Positions 1 through 14,095 of a stretch of 64,000 nt of DNA are shown here, in pieces. Source of the DNA: Octopus vulgaris (lineage: Eukaryota); assembly GCA_951406725.2 (NCBI GenBank), contig OX597814.1, positions 112,158,001-112,222,000 of the forward strand, in the 5' to 3' direction. Below the pieces are notes generated by a model. The model did no database searches. It was not told where the DNA came from and saw only the letters and a list, made by a program, of their open reading frames with translations. The translations under genes were made by a program, and so were the position numbers. Each line of letters starts with the position of its first letter. The stretch's first letter is position 1.

Positions 1-450
1 GGCCTATGGAATCCTCCCTCGGCACGATGTCCCAGTGGATATTCTAGAAACAGCTATTAGAGACTATGTAAACCCTTTTATTATAATTCTAAATTAAATG
101 TCCTTGTCAAGTCTTGCAGAACGGTTTGCCTTTTCATTTCTGTTTTAATCTCTATCCAGAACTGTGCCATTAAAAGTTTTCAAGCTTCTTTAAGACAAGT
201 GTAATCTGAAAGATATTTGGCTACTGTTTCTTGCAGTTCGAGTGACTTCCTGTTTTTAAATTTTAGATGCGCCAACAGATGCAGATACCTTATAAATAAC
301 ATAGATATGCATATATACATATACACTTATATATGTATATATATATATATATACTCATACATATGCATATGTAGGCATTTATATACATATAACATTCAAG
401 GTACCTGAAATAAAAAAAATGAGCAATTAATCAATAGAATAATTTCTTAC

Positions 451-684
451 CAATGGTGAGTAGAATGCTGAGGTATCTGTACCCAAGGGTACATAACTTT
501 GGGTTGCATACGGTGATGTTCCGTACATTGTCTCTGGTAATCGCGGATAGGAGAGAATGGATGGAGAACTATACTGACACGAACAGACTGTTTGTCCTGT
601 ATGCGGGTCTGTCACGAGCGGTCGACCGTTTTCACAGCAAGTTGATCCCGATATAGATGTCGCGGTCGAACCGGACATCAAGAG
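451..684 (-). CDS. Irx: Internal coding exon (probably exon 2) of an Iroquois-class TALE homeobox transcription factor; paralog not assignable
   Basis: Translates LLMSGSTATSISGSTCCENGRPLVTDPHTGQTVCSCQY...AFYSPL. The CCENGRP...DPxTGQTVCSCQY motif and AFYSPL are typical of protostome Iroquois N-termini (araucan/caupolican/mirror). Acceptor ttttttttctctctctcttacag|CTC, donor TTG|gtaaga. 234 nt = 78 codons, phase 0-0. The homeodomain exons lie beyond the left edge. Confidence 0.9.
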
Positions 685-825
685 CTGTAAGAGAGAGAGA
701 AAAAAAAGATAAAATTAAATTCTCAATCATATATGTACTTTCAAGACTAAGGAAGAAACGATTCTTTGGCTTAACATAATAGGGGAGATTCAGCGTGATA
801 AGGTTGGCCCCTTTGAAATACAGGT

Positions 826-1025
826 ACAACAGAAACAGGAAGAAAGAGTGAGAGAATGTTGTGGTGAAAGAGTACTGCAGCGTTCGCCACCATCCCCTAC
901 CGGAGTTTCGTGGAACTTTAGATGTTTTCGCTCAATAAACACTCACAACGTCCGGTCTGGGAATCGAAACCGCGATCCTACGACTGGGAGTCCGCTGCCC
1001 TAACCACTGGGCCATTGCGCCTCCA
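826..1025 (-). mobile_element. tRNA-derived SINE, family C, 3'-truncated
   Basis: Head ggaggcgcaatggcccagtggttagggcagcggactc...ggtttcgattcccagacc with A and B boxes. Closely similar to 27651-27957. Confidence 0.85.
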
Positions 1026-1821
1026 TATATATATATATGTGTGTGCGTGTGTGTGTGTGTATGTATATATATATATATATATATATAACAAAATTAATAT
1101 CTTCGCAAATTAATTTTTCTCGTGAATTATTTACCCCTGTATCGAGATTAATTCCACACTGATGGCTGCAATAATTTCGGCACAAAACAAATCAGTTGCG
1201 GCGCAGACTTCAAAACGATAGCTTGGAAGTCTCTATCATGGTAACTCGAGCTGAGGAAGCTAGGGCTATTTTTGCCAGTGCAGAAACCGGTCGAGGTGAA
1301 TCCACTTACTTAAATGTAGGTTGGAAGATTGTCTTAATCTGATTTGCCTTCGGTTGATTTCTGTAGTTATCATCAGTGTATTTTAGCGATTTAAATAAAA
1401 GTTTTGAGTGTTATTTCTCGCAGGTAGACATGCTTAGTATGTCCTTTGGTTAATTTTAATCCTTCAGTTATATAACGTAAATGCTTGAGTATAATCCGCA
1501 TTTTTTTCCCAAAATTTAAAGGTCAAAATCCCTAGTGGGTACTATATACGAGGTTAAAAATGAAAATTATTTTCTAAGCAATGTTCGAGTGTCTCTTTGC
1601 TGTCCGGCAATGTTTATTCAGACGTATTTTGTGATGTCGGGCGTGAAAATACCTTAAGCTAAGCCTGTAAGCAATGAAGTCATAAAAGAATAATCCGTAA
1701 CTTGCAGTTAGCAATATTTATTAAACGTTATTGCTTGTTATTTCTTTATTTTCTGCAAACAAAATGCACAAAAAAGCTACACGTTTGCATTATGTTATAT
1801 ATACAATAATGATAAAGGACG

Positions 1822-2229
<408 letters not shown>

Positions 2230-2919
2230 CATATATATACACGGGCGCATTATAGTGTGTATATATGTGTGTGTATATGTGTATATATATATACATACAT
2301 ACATATATTTATATACACATACACGAATACACACACACACATACATACATATATACATGTTCTTCTATCAACATATATATATATGTTCTCCCCACCTACG
2401 TTTCGCAGCCAATCTCGTTAGCTTGAATCCTAATATCTCGTCGGTGCCGGTTGTCCACAGTCTCGACATTTTAGTTGCCTTATAATCTCCTGCAAGTGCA
2501 ACAGCCGCAAAGCTACAACCTTTTATTATTCTATCAATATGTTTGACTGCAAAAAGCGTCTACACAAAACTTCGTCTTCTCTGTTAATATGTCTAATCTG
2601 TTAATAAATGTTTTTAATAAATATGTCGGCGCCATTTTAATCGAAACAATGCTGTTGACTTAATACACATTTCGTAACATCAGCTGCGTCGCTAAATTAT
2701 TTATTAACAACATTCTTCTTGAATAAAATTTTCTTTACATAAAAGAACCAAAAAGCTGATAGAATATGTTCTAAAAGCTGAGTATTTCACTCGGTTTCAA
2801 AGTGTTTTGATTTCTTGAAAAACGCTAATAAAAGGGAAAAGAATTTCAAGAATATATAAAATTTCTGATGAAAAGAAAAAAAAAAGAAAGAAAATGACTG
2901 CTGCAATATTATACAGTTT

Positions 2920-3375
2920 TATTTACTCGTTTCAGTCTTTTGACTGCGGCTATGCGGAGCACCGCCTTCAAGGGTTTTAGTAACTCCAGCACTTCATTTT
3001 GAGCCTAGTACTTAGTCTATCTGTCTCTTTTGTCGAAGCACTAAGTTACAGTGGATGTAAACAGACCAACACCGGTTGACAAAGATGATGGGGGCAAACA
3101 CAGACACAATGACACGCATACACGCATACATACATACATACATACATACATCTGTCTATATATTCTTTTCTTTTATTCATTTCTTTTATTTGTTTCAATC
3201 ATTTGATTGCGCCTATGCTGGAGCACCGCCTTTAGACGAACAAATGTACTTCAGAACTTATCCTCTGTAAGCCCAGTACTTATTCTATCGGTCTTTTTTG
3301 CCGAACCGCTATTTCACGGAGACGTAAACACACCAGCATCGGTTGTCAAGCGATACCGGGGAGTGGGGACAAACA

Positions 3376-3430
<55 letters not shown>

Positions 3431-3435
3431 GACGG
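2920..3435 (-). mobile_element. Two SINE family A 3' halves
   Basis: Reverse complement of the family A tail (ggtgctccagcat...gcagtcaaatgactgaaac) occurs twice. Confidence 0.8.
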
Positions 3436-4151
3436 GCTATATATATAGTATAAAAAGCTTGCAAGAATCACTTGCTGTACTGCTCTAGGGAAACATTTAT
3501 AGAATCCATTTGCTTCTTGCAAGATATTGCGTGAACACCCTTAATGACAACTAATCAACGAAGCTCATTAATTCTCTCAAGTTCAATCCTTAGTTATATC
3601 GAAAACACGCAAGCTTTATTCATAAAATATAAAATCATGCTACTAACCCTGCTTCCGGGAAAATTATTAGCCTTGAGCCAAAATTTGGAACCGTCTTTAT
3701 ATATTACTACTATTATCTTAATACATCACGTTGAAGTCGAATTTCGGTACAACGCCAGTAACTATGAGGGGAGGAGCAAATCAATTACGTCGACCCCAAT
3801 ATTCAGCTGGTATTTATTTCATCGATTCCGAAAGGATGAAAGGCAAAGTCGACCTCGGTAATATTTGAACTCAGAACAGGAAAACGGACGAAATGCCGTC
3901 AAGTATTTTGTCCGACACGGTTGTGATTCTGCTAGCACGTCACCTGAAGCGGCACAGATTGTTTGATTTGTTCGACTAAATCCTTCAAGGCAATGCCTTA
4001 GCGTGGCTGCTATTCAATGATTAAAACAAACCAAACTGTAAGAGATGGCGACTTCTTTTGAAACAATTGTCTTGCGCAAAAGATTATCGTTCAAGAATTA
4101 AAGGAGAATTTCGATGAGCTTAATGAAAAGAAGGAAAATAATAACCGAAGC

Positions 4152-4316
4152 GGCGCAGGCGTGGCTGTGTGGTAAGAAGCTTGCTTACCAACCACATGGC
4201 TCTGGGTTCAGTTCTACTGCGTGGCACCTTGGGCAAGAGTCATCTACTATAGCTTCGGGCCGACGAAGGCTTTGTGTGTGGATTTGGTAGACGGAATCTG
4301 AAAGAAGCCCGTCGTA
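4152..4316 (+). mobile_element. SINE family A 5' half (tRNA-like head)
   Basis: ggcgcaggcgtggctgtgtggtaagaag...gggttcagttc...gaaagaagcccgtcg; many copies in the window. Confidence 0.85.
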
Positions 4317-4843
4317 CATACATACATACATATTTATACATACATACATACATACATGCATACATACATATATATGCATTCGCACAATTGTGGCGTGGAA
4401 GGTGTTTATAAGCCATTAAAAAAACACATTTACAAAACCCGTTAGATTCACTCCAACATTTATAATTTGTCAATATATGTATATATGTGTGTGTGTGTGC
4501 GCGCGCGCGCGCGTGCGTGTGTATGTGCGTGTGTGTGTGTGTGTGTGTGTAAAAAGGTTGAATTGGATTCGTCCTTTAATTTGGAGGTTTCCAAAAAAGA
4601 TTTTTAATGTAGATTTCTTCATATTTTGCTTGTAGCTTACTGGCGTAAGTTTGCGAATATGAAAAAAAAAAAAAGAACTTGTAAATGATGTGTTGTGAAT
4701 TTGTGGAAAGAAATCCCATAATACTCAACAATTTGATTTAAAATGGGGAAGAGAAGTTGCTACAATATATATAAAATTCTCTTATATATTTTAACATCTC
4801 TTCGCCATTTTTAACAAAATTGTTGAGTTCCATAAATTCTCAT

Positions 4844-4874
<31 letters not shown>

Positions 4875-4996
4875 ATCAGCCGAAATTGCAAGGATGATCC
4901 GGTTCTTGACTGAAGATTGAAGACTTTGAATGTCTCGTCCCTGTTTTTTGTGTCGTCATCAAAACGTTTTGCGTTTTTGTCCCAGTTTGTATTTTT

Positions 4997-5033
4997 TATA
5001 CACACACATATATATATATATATACATATATAT

Positions 5034-5080
<47 letters not shown>

Positions 5081-5121
5081 TACACATATATATATATGTA
5101 TGTATATATATATATATATAT

Positions 5122-5182
<61 letters not shown>

Positions 5183-5187
5183 TATAC

Positions 5188-5264
<77 letters not shown>

Positions 5265-5281
5265 TATACACATATATATAC

Positions 5282-5334
<53 letters not shown>

Positions 5335-5341
5335 TATATAC

Positions 5342-5374
<33 letters not shown>

Positions 5375-5397
5375 TGTATGTGTGTGTGTGTGTATGT
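4997..5397. repeat. Compound (TA)n/(CA)n/(TATG)n microsatellite, followed by a SINE family A tail (about 5398-5612)
   Basis: Directly visible. Confidence 0.95.
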
Positions 5398-5929
5398 GCT
5401 TTTCTGTCCGTGTTTCTCTCACCACCGCTTGACAATCGGTGTTGGCGTGTTTGCACCCCCGTAACTTAGCAGTTCGGCAAAAAAAAATCGATAGGGTAAG
5501 TACTAGGCTTAAAAATGAAGTACTGGGGTCGATTCCTTCGACTACAAATTGTTCAAGGCGATGCTGCAGCATGGCCGCAGTCTAATAGCTTGAAACGAGC
5601 AAAAGATCAAAGATGCGCAATCAATGGCTGTCGGGTCGGATGAACTGTTTCTAACTGGGACCCCCCAGCTCCCACTACCTTCCTAACTACAGGTGGATAT
5701 TTGACCTAATGAACAAAACTGGCCAGACAGGTGTAAATTAACAAAATGTCTTCTTCCTGTGCGACCACAATGGATAACTTTCGGCAGATTCCGTCGTCCC
5801 GTCCATCTCCGGTTCGGTTATTCGGAGTTTAGCTTGTCACACAGCATGGCAGCTTTGACGTTCGCCTAAACCACGATAAGGGAGAGGCGGCGGCGGCGGC
5901 GGACGGTGGCGGGAAAGGCATAGTGGTTA

Positions 5930-6023
5930 CTTGTGATGGATGGTAGCGGTGGTGATGGTGGTGGTGGTTGTAAGGGTGGTGGCAGTGGGGATTGTGACAG
6001 TGGTTGATTCTAATAATGGCTGA

Positions 6024-6054
<31 letters not shown>

Positions 6055-6742
6055 GGTGGCGATGGAGCAGAAATGGAATTTGTGGTAGTAATGGTAGTGG
6101 TGGTGGTGGTGTGTGGAGGAGAAGTGGAATTTGTGATGGTAGTAGTAGTGGTGGTGGTGGTAGTAGTGGTGATGTTAGAGGAGTGGAATTTGCGGTGGTG
6201 GTTGTAATACAAGATGGTGGTGGTGGTGGTGGTGGTGGTGGTGGTAGCGTAGCTATGGTTGTTCTAACGGCTAGTAACGGTGGTGGGGGTTAGAAAGTAG
6301 TGGCTGAATGTCGTGGCTACATTAGAGGTGGTGGTGGTGATGGTGGTGGTCGTAGTTGGATTGTTGGTGCTTCGTCTTAATGATTATTACCACTAGTAGT
6401 AGTAGTAGCAGTAGTAGTAATGGTGGAGGTAGTAGTGATGGTGGTGGTGATGGATGTGGTAGTAGTAGTAGTAGTCATTGTGGAGATGATAGTAGTGGTA
6501 GTGGTGGTGGTGGAGGTGGTGGTAGTAGTAGTTAGAGCGGTAGCAACAGTTTTAGTATCAGTTGTAAGGTCATGTGACATGGCAAATGCCGAGTTGTAAA
6601 GAGTTAAAACGTCATCATTTTCTTATCCACCCCTACACACACACACACACACACACACATACACACACAGAGAAAGCCCCTAACTCTCACCCGCATACAC
6701 ATAGTCACACCACGCACCACAAACTACTTACACACACATACC

Positions 6743-6790
<48 letters not shown>

Positions 6791-7410
6791 GTCTGTCTCT
6801 CTCTCTGTCTCATCTCTCTCTCTAGCTCACTCTCTCTGCTTCTGCCTGCGCCTCTCTATGTTCTGAATCTCCACTGTCTGTCTGCCTGTCTCTGTCTCGC
6901 TCACACTCTTTCTCTTTAAATCTCCCCCCCTCTCTCTCTCTCTCAACCTGGTAGGTCCATGTCACCATCATATTTCTCCATTCAACCACTACAAATTTCC
7001 AATTCTTCCATCTCTCATTATTTCTCTTTCTTTCTTTCTTTCTTTCTTTCTCTCTCTCTTCCCCTCTCTCCCTCCTTGGGTTTTCTAGTGATGATTGATG
7101 TTTTGTTTTCATTGGATGTCCACGTATGGGAGGGTGAGGAGGAGGAAGAGGAGGTGGGGAAAAGAGAATGGTACAAACTAAAGAAACCGACCAACGTCCA
7201 TACCCAGATACCCGCTTCGTCAATAATTCCATCGTCATCATCAACATCACAACCACCATCATCATCACCACCAACACTGTCGTCCCAACCACCACCACCA
7301 CTACCATCACCACCACCATCATCATCATCGCCATCATCGTTGTCATCATCCTCATTATCGTCGTTACCATTATAATCATTTCATTATCATCAGCATCACC
7401 ATCATCACCG
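5930..7410. repeat. Low-complexity block of (GGT/AGT)n, (CA)n, (CT)n and (CAT/CAC)n
   Basis: Directly visible; explains the poly-T/V/H ORFs in the track. Confidence 0.9.
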
Positions 7411-8308
7411 ACCTTATTTCAATGAAGTCCAACAGAACAAAATAATCCAGTTTACCTGGACATAACCAATATGTCTGTCTTTACACATTTCTGTCCTGTC
7501 ATTTTGTTTTTGTCCCTTTCTCGTTTTACCTCTCTCTCTCTCTCTCTCTCCCTTCTCCGCACACACGTACATACAGGTGCACATATATACTTAGCAATAC
7601 AATCTCTCCACACACACATACACACTCATACTTACATACACAGATTGCAGAGGGACCTAGAGAACCACTTAATTAAGGCTTCTGCCGTGTTTCAGTGTTC
7701 GTGTAACCCAACACCAATCGTGGGTCAGAAGGCGTTATGTTAGATGGCATGCTTACACACATACACAAACATGTGCGCAGAGAGAGAGAGAGAGAGAAAA
7801 CAACCTTGCACACACATATACACGCAGACACTGGGAACATCTCTATAAGACAGATAGAACACACACAAGCCCTTTAAGATACTTAGGTACATTATTAATT
7901 GCGGTTCTTATTCGAAAAAAGACCTGGTGACATCTGCTGACAGCCGGGACAATCATCGTATCACCATCAGGTCTCTATCAAACATGGACAAGTAGATTTC
8001 CAGCAACGGGCTTTTATGAAGTAGTGTGATATACTGCCCCAGTGAAATAATTGTTTCTGTTTTAAGCACAAAGTCAGTAATTTTGAAGGAAATGGATTGG
8101 GCGATTATATTGACGCTGTACTTGACTGATAGTTTATCTTATCGACCCCCAAAAAGACGAAGTCAAAGTTGGTCGCGGCAGGATTCGAACGCAGAACGGA
8201 GCGTAAGGCATTGGAGGAAAAGCTGTTAAGAATTTTGCCCGACGTGCTAACAATTCTGCCAGCTCCCCGTTTTACCATTATTGGTGCCAATGTAGGATTA
8301 TATAAATT

Positions 8309-8707
8309 CTTTTCTACTCTAGGCACAAGGTCCGAAATTTTTAGAGAGGTGGGGCAGTCGAGTAGATTGACTCCAGTACGTAACTTGTACTTAATTTATC
8401 GACTCCAAAAGGATGAAAAGCAAAGTCGACCTCGGCAGAATTTGAACTCAGAACATAAAGACAGACGAAATACCTATTTCTTTACTACCCACAAGGGGCT
8501 AAACACAGAGAGGACAAACAAGGACAGACAAACGGATTAAGTCGATTATATCGACCCCATGGTGTAACTGGTACTTATTTAATCGACCTCGAAAGGATGA
8601 AAGGCAAAGTCGACCTCGGCGGAATTTGAACTCAGAACGTAGCGGCAGACGAAATACCGCCAAGCATTTCGCCCGGTGTTCTAACGTTTCTGCCAGCTCG
8701 CCAACTT
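8309..8707 (-). mobile_element. SINE family B, dimeric copy with target-site duplication
   Basis: Head ggcgagctggcagaaacgttag; core gtcgactttgcctttcatcctttcg present twice. Flanked by taggattatataaatt (8293-8308) and taggagtatataaatt (8708-8723). Confidence 0.85.
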
Positions 8708-9644
8708 TAGGAGTATATAAATTGCTAGGTTTATTCCTATTTATAAGTGAACGACAACTAAAAACATACAAGGCCACCAGGAGCCGAGAAAATTCATTAA
8801 GTATTTCTATTTAAATCAATACTAAACCAGGTTTGATCTTTGAGATATTGTTCATATATGTATGGATGGGATTAACTGATATTATCAGCCTCAGCACCTA
8901 GAGTGGTGCTTTATTTTATCGGCTCCGATAGAGGATGAAAAGCAAAGTTGAAGTTGGTGGGATTTGAACTTTAAATATAAACAGCCGGATCACATACAGC
9001 AAATTAGTTTTTCCGCCCCTCTAGAAACTCTGTAAACTAACCGTCCTTTCGCACTTCAAGATTCTACGCAGCAGGACCACATTTGTTTATGAATATTATT
9101 CACATATCTTGTATAAACGATATATTCCATTTGCATTCATGTTATGGACTGTATCTATGAACACTCAGTCAGCCTAAAAGACAAATCTTCACTGATAATT
9201 CAACAACCAGAAGCCAAGCCTACTTCTACATAAAGATCTCTGTTTCTCAATAATAACGTGTTTTTGACACACCGCTTACTCCAGTTCGATCCAACTACAC
9301 AGCATACACCTTTCGCCTGTTCCAGGTCTCATCACGTAACTCAAGCACTAAATAGTGTCTAATCTTCTCCCGGTTTGAACTGCAATACTTGGAATCCTAA
9401 ATATTAACATAGAAAGCGTCTTTCATCGTATAACAATCAGTCACGTCCGAGCATGGCCGCAGTCTAAACAAGTAAAAAAATATATGATAACAATCGAGAA
9501 TTTGAAAATACATAAAGAAATGAGAATTTTAAATTTCTTGAAGATGGAAATGCTAATTTCTTTAATTCTTTAAAATTCTACTTTGAAATGCAAAAGCATT
9601 TAAGTGTTTATAAATAATATAGATTTTAATATATTTTTTGCTAT

Positions 9645-10041
9645 AAGGCGGCGAGCTGGCAGACACGTTAGCACGCCGGGCGAAATGCTTAGCGGTATTT
9701 CGTCTGCTGTTACGTTCTGAGTTCAAATTCCGCCGAGGTCGACTTTGCCTTTCATCCTTTCGGGGTCGATAAATTAAGTACCAGTTACGCACTGGGGTCG
9801 ACATAATCGACTTAATCCGTTTGTCTGTCCTTGTTTGTCCTCCTCTATGTTTAGCCCCTTGTGGGTAGTAAAGAAATGGGTATTTCGTCTGTCGTTACGT
9901 TCTGAGTTCAAATTCCGCCGAGGTCGACTTTGCCTTTCATTCTTTAGGAGTCGATAAATTAAGTACAAGTTACGTGCTGAGTCGATCTAATCGACTGGTC
10001 CCTCTCCCAAAATGTTCGGCCTTGTGCCTAGAGTAGAAAAG
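9645..10041 (+). mobile_element. SINE family B, dimeric copy with target-site duplication
   Basis: aaggcggcgagctggcag...gagttcaaattcc (B box), core repeated twice. Flanked by aatatattttttg(c/t)ta at 9628 and 10042. Confidence 0.88.
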
Positions 10042-11618
10042 AATATATTTTTTGTTACAAAAATATTAAACTCATTGCTTCTTGTTTAATTACACGTGCT
10101 TCGTTCATCACTGATTGTTTAATTTAATGTAGCTTTGATCATCACTGATTCATTCTTAATTGGTTCGGGATAACTCGGTACGCTCAGTTGTGAGCCATGT
10201 CACGTTTATCATGGATTGATCTATGATAAAACGGTCGTTCACAGAGAACACGATAATTCAGAGATTTTGATTGGACTGCAAAAACGAGTCCCAGTACAAT
10301 GTTCAGCTACCCACAATGCACTTGTGTTTACATCCTCATGTAGCGAGAAAGCGGTCTTTTAAAAAAAGAATTATATGGATTTACCTACTCGTTCCCATCT
10401 ACATGGAACCAGTAAACAGAAAAAAATAGGAAGGCGTCTGATGCAGACGAGTCTGTTCTCAACAGGAAACGGTAGAGATGATCAATAAAATATGTAACAC
10501 AGCTGTGGGGCTCTAGTTCGGTGACACTGAATCTACCATTCGTTTCATTTGACTCTTTTGACTGGTACTTATTTTATCGACCCCGAAAGGATGAAAAGCA
10601 AAGTCAACTTCAGCGGATCTTGAACTCAGAATGTGTTGTAAAGTGGGTTCTTCTCACTGGTGTTATGTGTGACTGCCGTTGTATTGTAGTTGCTGTTTTA
10701 CGCTCGTAGCCACAAGAGTAACTAGTCATCGGATACCGTTGTATCTCTTCGTACCGGAATAGTAAGACGCTATTCTGATAATAGTAATACACTATCGCTG
10801 ATATCACCACGAGACACCGACTAGAACTGTTGACTCTCAACTCTTTGACTCCCGACCCTCTCTTGACGACGGGCTACTGGTCTATTTATAATGGCTGGTT
10901 CCTACCACTTTTTACCGGGAGGGGTATACAATTTAACTATACAACAGAACGTAAATACAGACGAAATGCTGCTAAGTATTTTGTCCGGCATTCTAACGAT
11001 TCTGCCAGTTCACCGCCTTAACAAGAACAACAATAGCGATAACAGTGGTTTCAAGTTTAGGCACAAAGCCAGCAAGTTCGTGAGAGGGAGTAAGTCGATT
11101 ACATCGATTAAACATAGATCAATATTTTAGTAAAGATGGAGGGAACGAAAGGCAAAAACAAGCTCCATGTAATCTGAACTCATAGCATAAAGGAGCATAA
11201 CTACAAACTGCAAGACATTTTATCCGATGTTCAACCACTGCTCTACTACAATAAATATAAACCAACAAAAAAAAATCATGAATAATATATATACTTTTTT
11301 GTTTAATCTAGATTTTATTTTAATGCAAACCTACACATTTTTCTTCTGTGTAAGAATCCCCACCGGCGCCGCCGCCGCCACTAAGAACGACGGAGGTAAG
11401 GAATCTTTCTTGCAGAGTGGCAGGACATTTGGGAGAATGTGTCACTCGCTAATCAGTCTCTTCAACTTTCTGTGACGAAACTAAACAGAAAATTGAAAAG
11501 ACCTCGAGAATATATACGCACTTACATTGACCTTTTGCGCAAAAGAGGCTCATGCTTCGTATATGTGTGTGTATATATATCTATATCTATACTTGTATAT
11601 GTAAATACATATACATAA

Positions 11619-11668
<50 letters not shown>

Positions 11669-11696
11669 TTGCGTGCGTGTGTATGTGAGGTGGTGT

Positions 11697-11756
<60 letters not shown>

Positions 11757-12545
11757 CGTATGTATGTATTTGTAGTCAGTGCGTGTTAAGTTAAGATCGC
11801 TAAGTATTGAGATTTAAGAGACTAATCCGTTTGAAGGAGATCAGCTGCAAATCTCTGAGTTATGAGTACCAGATGTCAGCAATAAGAAATTACAACGACT
11901 GATCTGACCAGATGATAGTGAGTTTATATGAGACGCAATACATACATACGTACATATTATTATTATTATTATTATTACTATTATTATTGTTTTTATTATT
12001 ATTATTATTATGTATAATATGTCATACCAACCAATATGACATCTTAATTAATTATTCCAGTGGCGTCTGGCCTCTATTTTGTTTTAGCGTTTAAGAGTGA
12101 CAGCCACAAAACCAAATTCAGAAGTGCTCAACATTATCAATATTGTATTGAACGTTTGGGGCTGCGAATGAAGAATTACGCTAGTGAGCTTCCGTCCTTT
12201 GACGACGAGGATTCAATTGTTCAGTCAAATAAATTACCTACTCCTGAATCAACGTGTAGATAGGTTGAGTATTCCAAGGTAAGTGCTACCTTTAGCGTAC
12301 CTTTAGTGTAACCCTTATGCAGAATCTATGTAATACAGTGTGAGAAAGAGGATGTACTTGGTTTTCTAATATGAATTACAAGATGGGGGTTTCGTACAGT
12401 TTCCGTGCATCTTATGCCATTCAAAAAGAATGGGCTCACTTTTGCCCAAAATGCCATACCATGGGAGCAAATATGGGACCTCTTGTTTGTAAAGAGACCT
12501 TCTAAGCCACTTTGCCAGACTGCACCTGCAAAGAATTATATGTGT

Positions 12546-12577
<32 letters not shown>

Positions 12578-12631
12578 AAACTGATGAAGGTACCCATTAG
12601 TCCCAAAACTTACACACACATACATACATAT

Positions 12632-12945
12632 AGGCGCAGGAGTGGCATGCTTACCAACCACATGGTTCTGGGTTCAGTCCCACTGCGTGGCACCTTGGGC
12701 AATTGTCTTCTATTATAGTCTCGGACCGGCCAAAACCATATGAGTGGATTTGGTAGACGGAAACTGAAAGAAGCTCGTCGCTGGTGTGTTTACGTCTCCG
12801 TAACGTAGCGGTTCGGCAAAAGTGACCGATAGAATAAGTACTAGGCTAACAAAGAATAAGTCCTGGGGTCGATTTGTTCGACTTAAGGCGGTGCTCCAGC
12901 ATGGTCGCAGTCAAATGACGAAAACAAGTAAAAGAATAAAAGAAT
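12632..12945 (+). mobile_element. SINE family A, internally deleted
   Basis: Head ggcgcaggagtggc and tail gcatggtcgcagtcaaatgacgaaaacaagtaaaaga. Confidence 0.85.
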
Positions 12946-13451
12946 ACACATACATACATTCATATATACATAATTATATATACGCTAAATATAGTCGCCA
13001 AATGGCGTAAAAAACCGCCTTAGATGTCCTAAACCACAGGCTGTAAGCGGGCAAATGGAAAAATAATGAATCAAACTTTCTGGTTAATTGTGTATGGGAA
13101 CCAATTTCAAGCGTAAAGTCATAAAATACTTCCTACAATCATCAGCACAAATATTACAAAGCCTATGAGTACAAGTGAATATACGTGAATATACGAGCCC
13201 CGAAGTCGCACGGCCATAGACGTACACTTGCACGTAAAAAGCAATGAAAGTGATTCTCTCCTTTATTCTGTAAAGTATACATACACGCGCACGCGCACAC
13301 ACATACACACACATATATATTTATTTATGACTCCTACATTATCCAATATATCCGTTCTGTTTCGAGATAGTCGGACATGATTTGGTGGCTATGGATATTT
13401 GGTTGCTATGTCTAACAGGTCACACACACACAAGTATATACATATATATGT

Positions 13452-13487
<36 letters not shown>

Positions 13488-13494
13488 TCTTTTA

Positions 13495-13730
13495 TTTTCT
13501 TTTACTTGTTTCAGTCATTTGACTGCGGCCATGCTGGAGCACCGACCCCAGTAAACCTAGTACTTATTCTATCGGTCTCTTTTTGCGGAACCGTTAAGTT
13601 ACGGGGACGTAAACACGCCAGCATGGTTCCAGGTTCAGTCCCACTGTGTGGCATCTGGGGCTAATATAGCCTCGGGCCGACCAAAGTCTTGGGAGTGGAT
13701 TTGGTTGACGGAAACTGAAAGAAGCCCGTC

Positions 13731-13800
<70 letters not shown>

Positions 13801-14000
13801 ATGTGTCTGTGTTTGTCTCCCCAACATCGTTTGACAACCAATGCTGTGTTTATGTCCTCATAACTTAGCGGTTCGGTAAAAGAGACCGATAGAATAAGTA
13901 CTAGGCTTATAAAGAATAAGTCCTGGGGTCGAGTTGCTCGACTAAAGGTGGTGTTCCAGCATGGCCGCAATCAAATGACTGAAACAAGTAAAAGAGTAAA
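13495..14000. mobile_element. Two fused SINE family A pieces in opposite orientation
   Basis: Minus-strand tail at about 13495-13625 joined to plus-strand body and tail at about 13622-14000. Confidence 0.8.
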
Positions 14001-14054
14001 AAGTATACTAATAGAGAAGGGAGTCCGGAAAGAGCCGAAGTTTGAGCCGGTCCT

Positions 14055-14095
14055 TTCTGAAGAGGCAAACAGGAATTGCCGAAACTGACGTCAGT
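14055..14095 (+). ncRNA. Candidate minimal type I hammerhead ribozyme with intact core
   Basis: CTGAAGA (14057-63), stem II GGCAA/acaggaa/TTGCC, GAAAC (14081-85), loop TGAC, GTC (14090-92). Stem I is only about 2 bp. Confidence 0.55.

Noticed and set aside
1-43. Possible next Irx exon after a tttctag acceptor (NIHWDIVPREDSIG)
   Set aside because: The peptide does not resemble the Irx sequence expected after AFYSPL, and it is cut by the window edge.
427-681. ORF-track protein treated as a complete 84-aa gene
   Set aside because: Splice signals bound the coding part to 451-684; the VRNYSID tail is intron read-through.
6948-6971. Alternative phase-0 mini-exon MMVTWTYQ|gttgag on the minus strand
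   Set aside because: Weak donor, no resemblance to Irx N-termini, and embedded in CT repeats.
5829-7425. Poly-Thr/His/Val/Ser ORFs
   Set aside because: Trinucleotide low-complexity DNA with no recognisable domain or splice support.
9120-9430. Possible very old LINE RT fragment on the minus strand
   Set aside because: Too degenerate to recover diagnostic motifs by eye.
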